This document shows, piece after piece, positions 25,383 to 32,000 of a stretch of DNA of 32,000 bases. The notes below the pieces were generated by a model. It was not told the origin of the DNA. It made no database searches and saw only the letters and a list, made by a program, of their open reading frames with translations. Numbering within the stretch: the stretch's first letter is position 1; the number at the start of each line of letters is the position of its first letter. Origin of the DNA: Pseudoalteromonas translucida KMM 520 (GTDB lineage: Bacteria; Pseudomonadota; Gammaproteobacteria; Enterobacterales; Alteromonadaceae); contig NZ_CP011034.1 in NCBI RefSeq assembly GCF_001465295.1, forward strand, positions 90,001 to 122,000, read 5' to 3'. The translations under genes were made by a program, and so were the position numbers.

Positions 25383-28211
25383 ATGCAGGGTTGGTTACAA
25401 CGCTTCTTTTTTGTTGGCTTTATGGCTGTATGCAGCATTTTTTCTACATTGAGTTTTTCTGTTACACCAGCAGACTTATTTGAACAATTTAAGTCGGCTA
25501 AAAGTTGGTCAGATAAACAAAGCTTTGCCTCTACACTGTTAACTAAAAAAAATTTACCGCACCAACAGCGTATTGCTATATATAGCGACTTAGCTGAGCT
25601 TGCCTTTAATGCCAACGACCTTCCTCACGCCTTAGAATATTATAAGTTATTAGAGCGCAATATTAGTTTTGAAGAATTGCCCGATCTGTATTTTAGAGCA
25701 ATAAAAATGCAAGGTGTGGTGTTGTATTATCAAGGGTTTGTACAACAAGCAGTGGTTGATTATAGCCGTGCTTTAGGGTTAGCCATACGTTTAAAAGGCT
25801 CGTTAAAACAAGCCAATTTATTAAGTAATATAGGCTTGGCTTACTTTGATATGTATAACATGGAACTAGCTCTGGATTATTATCAGCAAGCAAAACTGAT
25901 CTACGAAAAAGAGGGGAGTGCGCAAGACAAAGCCGATATTTTACACAATATTGCTGGGATATATATTCGCCTTTCTCGTTACGAATCAGCACTTGAAATG
26001 TATCGTGAGGTATTAAAGGTATTTCAACAACTTGGTGATGAAGATGGCGTAGCTCAAGTCTATGGCAATATGGGTGTAGCTTATACTGAGTCAAAACAGT
26101 ATCAATTGGCGCTGCATTATAATCAGCTGGCACTACGTTACTATCAGAGCATAAATAATGCATTCCAACTCTCTACTAAGCACGCTAATTTAGCGAGTAT
26201 TAATCTGCACTTAAATAAATTTGATGTGGCCTTGTATCATGCAAAGGCGGCGCAGCAATTCGCACTTGATGCAGGGAATAAATCATTGCTAGCGGCGGCA
26301 TTGCATGTGCTCGCTACCGCGCAATTTGCTCAAGGCGATATTGAAAATGCAAAAACAACGTCAGAACGCTCAATTGCATTAGCAAAAGAATATAAAAATG
26401 GCATGCGTATTAAAGACGGCTTAGGTATTGAGGCTTTGATTTATTCAAGCTTAGGCGACTTTAAGCAAGCACTGCAATTGCATCAGCAGTATGTTGACTA
26501 CCAACGCAGTATAAATACAGAAGAGGCTTCAAAGGCTGTTAGTATTTTTCAAACTCAATTTGAAGCAGATAAACTAAACCAAGAAATTAAACAGCTAAAA
26601 CAACAACAACACTTACAACAACTGCAAATATCTAAACGTTTTCAATTAACTATTTTGCTTGGCATTGTGGCAATTCTTATTTTAATTACAGTTATTGCAA
26701 TTTACCGTCGCAGAATAGAAAGTAATGCAAAATTACAATTAACAGAGCAAGTAGAGCAACGCACGTTAGAATTACAAAGTGTGGCGCAAGAGTTGCGCGA
26801 AGCAAACGATGTTAAAAGTCAGTTTTTAGCAAATATAAGCCATGAAATTCGCACCCCACTTACCGCTATTTTAAGCCAAACCGACGACTTAATTAATGGT
26901 TTGTATGAGCCTGAGCAGTTACAAGATGAGCTTAAAGTTATTCAGCGTCAAAGCGAGCATTTAAAAAGTTTAATAAATGATGTGCTCGACTTAAGTAAAA
27001 TAGAAGCTAACAGATTGGAGCTGTCTATTTCTTGTTTTGATATTGTACAAGTGCTGAATGACATACATGGGATGTTTAGCGTACAAGCAAAAGCTAAAAA
27101 CTTATCCTTGGTATTTGACAACCAACTTGGTAATGAACTGTATACCAGGCTTGATTTAACCCGCGTAAAGCAAATTTTAATAAACCTATGTGCTAATGCA
27201 ATTAAATTTACTCACAGCGGCCAAGTTACGATTGTGGCCAATAATACCGAGCAAGGGCTGGTGTTCACGGTAAAAGATACCGGAATAGGTATGAATACAG
27301 CACAACTTAAGCTTATTTTTGAATGTTTTAGCCAAGCAGATAATAGTATTAGCCGTCGTTTTGGTGGTACTGGTTTGGGGCTTAGTTTGTCACAACAACT
27401 TGCTGCCATGATGGGGGGATATATTAGTGTGCAAAGCGAATTTAAAAAAGGCAGTCAATTCTCATTTTTTGTGCCGTGCGTACCAGTAGATAAAAGCGAA
27501 TGTACAGTTACAGCTAAAGACAATATAAATAGTGACCATAAAGCGCTAAGCGCTAAAGTGGTACTTGCTGAGGATCATGACGATAATCGCAGATTAATAA
27601 GCCGTTATTTACGCGCCATGGGGCTTGACGTTATTGCAGTTGAAAATGGTGAGCAAGCTGTAGAGCAATGTTTAAAAGAGTATCCTGATTTTGTGCTATT
27701 GGACATTCAAATGCCTATTATGGATGGTATTACTGCTTTTGAGTTACTCAGGCAGTGCGGTTATGAGCTGCCAATATTTGCTTTAACCGCGAATGCAATG
27801 AGCCATGAGATCGAGCAGTATTTAGCACTTGGTTTTACTGATTACTTAGCTAAACCAATTGATAAAGAAAAGTTTTATAGCACTATAGCTGAGCATCTCG
27901 CATCAATAAAAAATGAGCATAACAGCACAAACGTAAAGATAGATATGAGTGACTTAGTGGCTAGTTTCAAACAAAGCTTATCAATAGAAAGTGAGCTAAT
28001 TAGCCAGCACTTTAATAGTGGCGATTTTGTAGCGTTACAAAAAGATAGCCATCGTATTTTAGGGGCAGCACAAATGTTTAAGTTGTGCGACATTGCAGAC
28101 GCTGCAAAAGCGTTAGATGATGCGTGTAAAAATCCAGAAGAAGTACAAAATATTGCAGTGTTAGTTGATAAACTACAAGCCTTATTTTTGCATTACAAAG
28201 AGCATGGTTAA
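25383..28211 (+). CDS. Hybrid sensor histidine kinase: signal/TM1, ~390-aa TPR region, TM2, coiled coil, HisKA, HATPase_c, REC and HPt
   Basis: 942 aa from ATG 25383, with an AGGA Shine-Dalgarno 7 nt upstream.
- N-terminus: hydrophobic FFFVGFMAVCSIFSTLSF.
- TPR region: repeated 34-aa-type motifs (A-x3-Y-x-x-A-L...Y).
- TM2: LTILLGIVAILILITVIAIY, about nt 26644-26706.
- Kinase core: H-box SQFLANISHEIRTPL (His codon 26841-26843) and G-boxes DTGIGM and GGTGLGLSL.
- Receiver: DHDDNRRL...LLDIQMPIMDG (Asp codon 27702-27704).
- C-terminal HPt-like DSHRILGAAQMF (His codon 28050-28052).
The ORF-track TTG 25170 start overlaps the divergent gene. Confidence 0.85.
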   Translation: MQGWLQRFFFVGFMAVCSIFSTLSFSVTPADLFEQFKSAKSWSDKQSFASTLLTKKNLPHQQRIAIYSDLAELAFNANDLPHALEYYKLLERNISFEELPDLYFRAIKMQGVVLYYQGFVQQAVVDYSRALGLAIRLKGSLKQANLLSNIGLAYFDMYNMELALDYYQQAKLIYEKEGSAQDKADILHNIAGIYIRLSRYESALEMYREVLKVFQQLGDEDGVAQVYGNMGVAYTESKQYQLALHYNQLALRYYQSINNAFQLSTKHANLASINLHLNKFDVALYHAKAAQQFALDAGNKSLLAAALHVLATAQFAQGDIENAKTTSERSIALAKEYKNGMRIKDGLGIEALIYSSLGDFKQALQLHQQYVDYQRSINTEEASKAVSIFQTQFEADKLNQEIKQLKQQQHLQQLQISKRFQLTILLGIVAILILITVIAIYRRRIESNAKLQLTEQVEQRTLELQSVAQELREANDVKSQFLANISHEIRTPLTAILSQTDDLINGLYEPEQLQDELKVIQRQSEHLKSLINDVLDLSKIEANRLELSISCFDIVQVLNDIHGMFSVQAKAKNLSLVFDNQLGNELYTRLDLTRVKQILINLCANAIKFTHSGQVTIVANNTEQGLVFTVKDTGIGMNTAQLKLIFECFSQADNSISRRFGGTGLGLSLSQQLAAMMGGYISVQSEFKKGSQFSFFVPCVPVDKSECTVTAKDNINSDHKALSAKVVLAEDHDDNRRLISRYLRAMGLDVIAVENGEQAVEQCLKEYPDFVLLDIQMPIMDGITAFELLRQCGYELPIFALTANAMSHEIEQYLALGFTDYLAKPIDKEKFYSTIAEHLASIKNEHNSTNVKIDMSDLVASFKQSLSIESELISQHFNSGDFVALQKDSHRILGAAQMFKLCDIADAAKALDDACKNPEEVQNIAVLVDKLQALFLHYKEHG

Positions 28212-28243
28212 AGCGGTACAGCGCTACTTTTTTGCAGGTAAAT

Positions 28244-28287
28244 AAAAACGCCTAATAATTGATATTCAATTGTTAGGCGTTTTTTTA
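28244..28287. terminator. Strong bidirectional intrinsic terminator between the kinase and rho
   Basis: A 19-bp stem with one mismatch, AAAAACGCCTAATAATTGA (28244-28262) with TCAATTGTTAGGCGTTTTT (28266-28284). An A-run precedes and a T-run follows. Confidence 0.8.
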
Positions 28288-28310
28288 TAAGCTTTAAAAC
28301 TTATATGGAA

Positions 28311-29570
28311 TTACTGGCGTTTCATCGAATCAAAAAACTCATCGTTGGTTTTGCTCATCGATAATTTATCAATTAAAAATTCCATCGCGTCAATTTCTGA
28401 CATGTCATGAACAATTTTACGCAAAATCCACAGCTTTTGTAGCTCATCTGGTTTTGTGAGTAATTCTTCACGACGAGTGCCTGAACGGTTAAAGTCGATA
28501 GCTGGGAATACACGTCGTTCCGCAATTTTACGGTTAAGATGTAGTTCCATGTTACCAGTACCTTTAAACTCTTCGTAGATAACTTCATCCATTTTAGAAC
28601 CGGTATCAATAAGCGCAGTAGCAATAATTGTTAAGCTGCCGCCTTCTTCAACATTACGTGCAGCACCAAAAAAACGTTTCGGTTTATGGAGTGCGTTTGC
28701 ATCAACACCACCGGTAAGTACTTTACCAGATGATGGAATAACGGTGTTGTAAGCACGGGCTAAACGTGTGATTGAGTCAAGTAAGATAACAACATCTTTT
28801 TTATGCTCTACTAAACGTTTTGCTTTTTCGATAACCATTTCGGCTACTTGTACGTGGCGAGAAGCAGGTTCATCAAATGTTGATGCAATTACTTCGCCTT
28901 TTACAAGACGCTGCATTTCGGTTACTTCTTCCGGACGCTCATCAATTAGTAATACCATTAATGTTGCATCTGGGTGGTTGTGAGTAATCGATTGCGCAAT
29001 ATTTTGTAGTAGCATGGTTTTACCCGCTTTTGGCGGTGCTACTAATAAACCACGTTGACCACGACCAATAGGAGAGGCTAAATCAAGTACTCGGGCTGTA
29101 ATATCTTCCTTACTACCGTTACCGCGTTCCATACGAAAACGTTCGTTTGCATGCAGTGGTGTTAGGTTTTCAAAAAGAATTTTAGTGCGAGAGTTTTCAG
29201 GTTTATCAAAGTTAACTTCATTTACTTTAAGTAAAGCAAAGTAACGCTCACCATCTTTAGGTGGACGAATAAGACCTGAGATTGAATCGCCAGTACGCAT
29301 ACTAAAACGGCGAATCTGGCTAGGTGAAACATAAATGTCATCTGGGCCAGCTAAGTAAGAGGCTTCTGATGATCTTAAAAAGCCAAAACCATCTTGCAAA
29401 ATTTCTAATACACCGCCACCGAAGATATTCTCTCCGCCTTTGGCATGTGATTTTAAAATAGCAAAAATGATATCTTGCTTTCTCAAGCGGGCTACGTTTT
29501 CGAGCCCCATGGACTCAGCTAAGTCTACAAGCTCTTTTATAGATTTGTCTTTTAGTTCGCGTAAATGCAT
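28311..29570 (-). CDS. rho: Transcription termination factor Rho
   Basis: 419 aa. It starts [25 protein letters not shown], has the RNA-binding domain GFGFLR and the Walker A APPKAGKT, and is Rho-like along its full length. Confidence 0.97.
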   Translation of the reverse strand: MHLRELKDKSIKELVDLAESMGLENVARLRKQDIIFAILKSHAKGGENIFGGGVLEILQDGFGFLRSSEASYLAGPDDIYVSPSQIRRFSMRTGDSISGLIRPPKDGERYFALLKVNEVNFDKPENSRTKILFENLTPLHANERFRMERGNGSKEDITARVLDLASPIGRGQRGLLVAPPKAGKTMLLQNIAQSITHNHPDATLMVLLIDERPEEVTEMQRLVKGEVIASTFDEPASRHVQVAEMVIEKAKRLVEHKKDVVILLDSITRLARAYNTVIPSSGKVLTGGVDANALHKPKRFFGAARNVEEGGSLTIIATALIDTGSKMDEVIYEEFKGTGNMELHLNRKIAERRVFPAIDFNRSGTRREELLTKPDELQKLWILRKIVHDMSEIDAMEFLIDKLSMSKTNDEFFDSMKRQ

Positions 29571-29720
29571 ATTGGTGGGTTCTTTATTACAGTTGTCATA
29601 CTCAAAATCGCTTTGTTTGATCGTTGAGTGAGGTTTGTTGAATATAACTAAGGATTAGTTGGCTTTATAAACTAGCAGCTCATTGACACAGCGTCCAGTG
29701 TTTATACAAAAAAATAATAA
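29571..29720 (-). promoter_or_regulatory. rho leader region with a C-rich, G-poor (rut-like) tract
   Basis: This is 150 nt between the trxA terminator and the rho ATG. The RNA tract CAACAAACCTCACTCAACGATCAAACAAAGC (plus-strand 29610-29640) has 11 C and 2 G in 31 nt by hand count. Confidence 0.4.
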
Positions 29721-29743
29721 AAAAAGGGCATTAAGCCCTTTTT
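29721..29743 (-). terminator. Intrinsic terminator downstream of trxA
   Basis: AAAAAGGGC (29721-29729) pairs with GCCCTTTTT (35-43 of the same decade block, i.e. 29735-29743) around the loop ATTAA. On the minus strand it is followed by a long T-rich run (TTATTATTTTTTTG). Confidence 0.7.
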
Positions 29744-29755
29744 TATTATTTAAAT

Positions 29756-30082
29756 TTAAAGATTGTTTTCTAAAAACTCGATTAATTGAGTTTTTGAAAG
29801 TGCGCCAACTTTAGTTGCAGCAACTTGGCCATCTTTAAAAAGAAGTAATGTAGGGATACCACGAATACCAAATTTAGGCGGTGTACCCGCATTTTGATCG
29901 ATATTAAGTTTAGCTATGGTAACGCGACCATCAAATTCCTCAGCAACTTCACTAAGGATAGGGGCGATCATTTTACAAGGTCCGCACCACTCAGCCCAAA
30001 AGTCTACTAGTACAGGCTTGTCTGATTGTAATACGTCAGCTTCAAAGCTATCGTCAGTAATTTGGATTATTTTCTCGCTCAT
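29756..30082 (-). CDS. trxA: Thioredoxin 1
   Basis: 108 aa. It has the active site WAEWCGPCK and [14 protein letters not shown], and sits in the trxA-rho context. Confidence 0.95.
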   Translation of the reverse strand: MSEKIIQITDDSFEADVLQSDKPVLVDFWAEWCGPCKMIAPILSEVAEEFDGRVTIAKLNIDQNAGTPPKFGIRGIPTLLLFKDGQVAATKVGALSKTQLIEFLENNL

Positions 30083-30173
30083 TGCGCTCTCCGGTTTAGT
30101 TAGGCGAAATATTTAGTGCGTATTTAAACACTCTTGTTTCTTATTGCAAGTTTAAACGTTATGCTTAAACGCT

Positions 30174-31451
30174 ATGACTAAGACACATTTGACCGATAAA
30201 AAGTTTTCAGACTTTGCTATTGCACCGGAAGTGGTTGCCGGTTTAACCGAAAGTGGGTTTGAATATTGCACACCCATTCAAGCTAAATGCCTACCTTTTA
30301 TTTGTGAGGGTCGCGATATCGCAGGCCAAGCACAAACAGGTACAGGCAAAACGTTGGCGTTTTTAACTGCCACGTGCCATCGGTTATTACAATCTAGCAA
30401 AGCCCCTAGTAAACATCCAAGAGCCCTGATCATGGCCCCTACAAGGGAGCTGGCGATTCAGATACACAAAGATGCAAAAATTTTAGCGCCGCACTGTAAT
30501 CTTAACTTAGGTTTAGTATATGGTGGCGAAGATTACGAAAAACAACGTGCACAACTAGAAAAAGGCGTTGATATTTTAATTGGTACTACAGGTCGTTTAA
30601 TTGATCTGTATAAGCAAGGCTGTTACACCCTTAATGAAATTGAGGTAGTCGTGCTTGACGAAGCAGATCGTATGTTTGATTTGGGCTTTATCAAAGATAT
30701 TCGTTATATGTTCCACCGTATGCCAGATACATCAAAGCGTTTAAATTTATTATTCTCTGCAACGCTATCGTATCGTGTACAAGAACTTGCGTTTGAACAT
30801 ATGACCAATCCTGAGCACGTACAAATTGAGCCAGATGTAAAAACCGGTAAACGCATTCAAGAAGAGCTATTTCATCCTTCACAAGAAGATAAAATTAAGC
30901 TGCTGCTGACGTTAATTGAAGAAGAGTGGCCTGAAAAAGCCATTATCTTTGCTAACACTAAGCATAGTTGTGAAACCGTATATGCCTGGTTAAAGGCCGA
31001 TGGACATCGGGTTGGCATGCTTACTGGTGACGTAAATCAGAAAAAACGTCAATCAATTTTAGCTGAGTTTAGTAAAGGCGACTTAGACTTTTTAGTGGCG
31101 ACAGATGTTGCAGCACGTGGTCTACATATTCCTGAAGTAAGCCATGTATTTAATTTTGATTTACCAGATGATTGCGAAGATTACGTACACCGTATTGGCC
31201 GTACAGCTCGCGCTGGCGCGTCTGGTCACGCTATTAGTTTCGCATGTGAACAGTATGCTTATAACTTGCATGAAATTGAAGAGTATATAGATCACAGTAT
31301 TCCATTATCACATTACGATAAAACAGCATTACTGGATGATTTAACTAAACCTACTATTCATAGAAAGCGTAACTTTTCTACAGGTCCACGTAATCGCAGT
31401 AACAACAGCGGACGTCGCCCAAATAATAGTTATCAAAAAGGACGGTCATAA
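30174..31451 (+). CDS. rhlB: ATP-dependent RNA helicase RhlB (degradosome DEAD-box helicase)
   Basis: 425 aa. The motifs are F-x-x-F / TPIQ (Q-motif), [15 protein letters not shown] and [10 protein letters not shown], with a basic R/N/S-rich C-terminal tail. It is divergent from trxA, as in E. coli. Confidence 0.9.
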   Translation: MTKTHLTDKKFSDFAIAPEVVAGLTESGFEYCTPIQAKCLPFICEGRDIAGQAQTGTGKTLAFLTATCHRLLQSSKAPSKHPRALIMAPTRELAIQIHKDAKILAPHCNLNLGLVYGGEDYEKQRAQLEKGVDILIGTTGRLIDLYKQGCYTLNEIEVVVLDEADRMFDLGFIKDIRYMFHRMPDTSKRLNLLFSATLSYRVQELAFEHMTNPEHVQIEPDVKTGKRIQEELFHPSQEDKIKLLLTLIEEEWPEKAIIFANTKHSCETVYAWLKADGHRVGMLTGDVNQKKRQSILAEFSKGDLDFLVATDVAARGLHIPEVSHVFNFDLPDDCEDYVHRIGRTARAGASGHAISFACEQYAYNLHEIEEYIDHSIPLSHYDKTALLDDLTKPTIHRKRNFSTGPRNRSNNSGRRPNNSYQKGRS

Positions 31452-31496
31452 ACGACCGTTAGTTTAACTGTAATAGTAATTAGAGGTTTTTGAACG

Positions 31497-32000
31497 GTGG
31501 GGCAACTTAAACCGCAAAAAAATGTATATGCAGTTATTGATTTAGGTTCAAATAGCTTTCATATGCTTATTGCTAAATCAATAGCTGGCGGCCTACAAAC
31601 CATAGGTCGTGTTAAACGCAAAGTAAGGTTAGCTGCAGGGCTTGATATAGACAATGTATTAAGCTCAGAAGCAATGCATAGAGGATGGGAGTGCCTAGCG
31701 TTATTTGCTGAGCGCTTACAAGACATCCCCAAACAAAACATCACTATAGTTGCCACCGCCACATTACGTTTAGCTAGTAATGCTGATGTATTTAAAGCGC
31801 AAGCAGAAAAAATCCTCGGTCATAAAGTTAATGTCATTAGCGGCGAATTAGAAGCGCGCACTATATATAAAGGCGTTGCTCATACCTCATCTTGTACCGG
31901 TAGTCAGCTTGTTATCGATATTGGTGGTGCTAGCACTGAAGTGATTATTGGTAAGAACTTTGATGCATTACTCTATAAAAGCCTGAACATCGGGTGTGTT
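31497..32000 (+). CDS. gppA: Guanosine pentaphosphate phosphohydrolase / exopolyphosphatase, N-terminal fragment (3' end outside the window)
   Basis: GTG 31497 is the first start after the in-frame TGA at 31491, and the frame stays open to the window end. The translation [17 protein letters not shown]...RKVRLAAGL...[17 protein letters not shown]...VATATLRLA...DIGGASTE is collinear with E. coli GppA as recalled. Adjacency to rhlB favours gppA over ppx. Not in the ORF track because it is truncated. Confidence 0.8.
   Translation, partial: MGQLKPQKNVYAVIDLGSNSFHMLIAKSIAGGLQTIGRVKRKVRLAAGLDIDNVLSSEAMHRGWECLALFAERLQDIPKQNITIVATATLRLASNADVFKAQAEKILGHKVNVISGELEARTIYKGVAHTSSCTGSQLVIDIGGASTEVIIGKNFDALLYKSLNIGCV

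Noticed and set aside
25693-26163. A 156-aa ORF antisense to the TPR region of the hybrid kinase. It is the longest unexplained ORF in the track.
   Set aside because: Its translation is Cys/His/Tyr/Leu-rich with no recognisable motif, Shine-Dalgarno or promoter. It lies wholly inside a well-supported gene on the other strand. Its frame reads sense codon positions 2-3-1, where stops are simply depleted by the sense codon usage, so it is a shadow ORF.
24725-26640. The idea that the J-domain protein recruits DnaK to the TPR array, as in eukaryotic TPR co-chaperones.
   Set aside because: The TPR region is bracketed by two hydrophobic segments and is predicted to be extracytoplasmic. It would therefore be inaccessible to cytoplasmic DnaK. 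I kept this only as a neighbourhood observation.
1-32000. A scan for CRISPR arrays, tandem repeats, IS elements, rRNA/tRNA genes, and the remaining 60-97-aa ORFs in the track (for example 1422-1607, 2249-2431, 4465-4962, 12964-13191, 14779-15072, 28373-28624 and 31559-31762).
   Set aside because: I found no periodic repeat structure and no RNA gene signatures. All of the listed small ORFs are embedded in, or antisense to, strongly supported genes and have no independent signals.

Overview
I found no convincing evidence of a new multi-gene system (defence, toxin-antitoxin, secretion or biosynthetic). The items below are modest curiosities, and I scored them accordingly.

The window looks like an ordinary core-chromosome segment of an AT-rich marine gammaproteobacterium. 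The protein sequences look Alteromonadales- or Pseudoalteromonas-like, but that is inference and no search was run. Coding density is very high and the largest non-coding gaps are about 185 bp. I saw no rRNA, tRNA, CRISPR array, transposase, phage integrase or large repeat.

Gene content reproduces, block by block, the E. coli 85-87 min neighbourhood as I recall it:
- yigB-xerC-yigA-dapF-(lysA)-lptM, divergent from cyaY
- hemC-hemD-hemX-hemY
- ubiD-fre
- rho-trxA, divergent from rhlB-gppA

Lineage-specific genes sit between these blocks:
- An esterase plus a membrane-anchored unknown, where enterics carry cyaA.
- A MASE1-CHASE hybrid histidine kinase, add and a CBS-pair protein.
- An MliC-like lipoprotein, a DUF808 protein, an orphan TonB-dependent receptor, dbpA, a C-terminal J-domain protein and a TPR hybrid kinase with an HPt domain.
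- At the left edge, a MAPEG fragment, rluF, a GNAT and a HopJ-family protein.

The observations most worth a second look:
1. hemD and hemX form one uninterrupted 616-codon ORF.
2. A predicted extracytoplasmic TPR sensor kinase is divergent from a DnaJ-related protein.
3. A MASE1-CHASE hybrid kinase lacks an HPt domain.
4. The cyaA slot is occupied by other genes.
5. A Fur-box-like site lies in the promoter spacer of the TonB-dependent receptor.
6. The rho leader carries a C-rich, G-poor tract.

Several ORF-track starts were trimmed. They are TTG/GTG extensions with no Shine-Dalgarno, and they overlap neighbouring genes.
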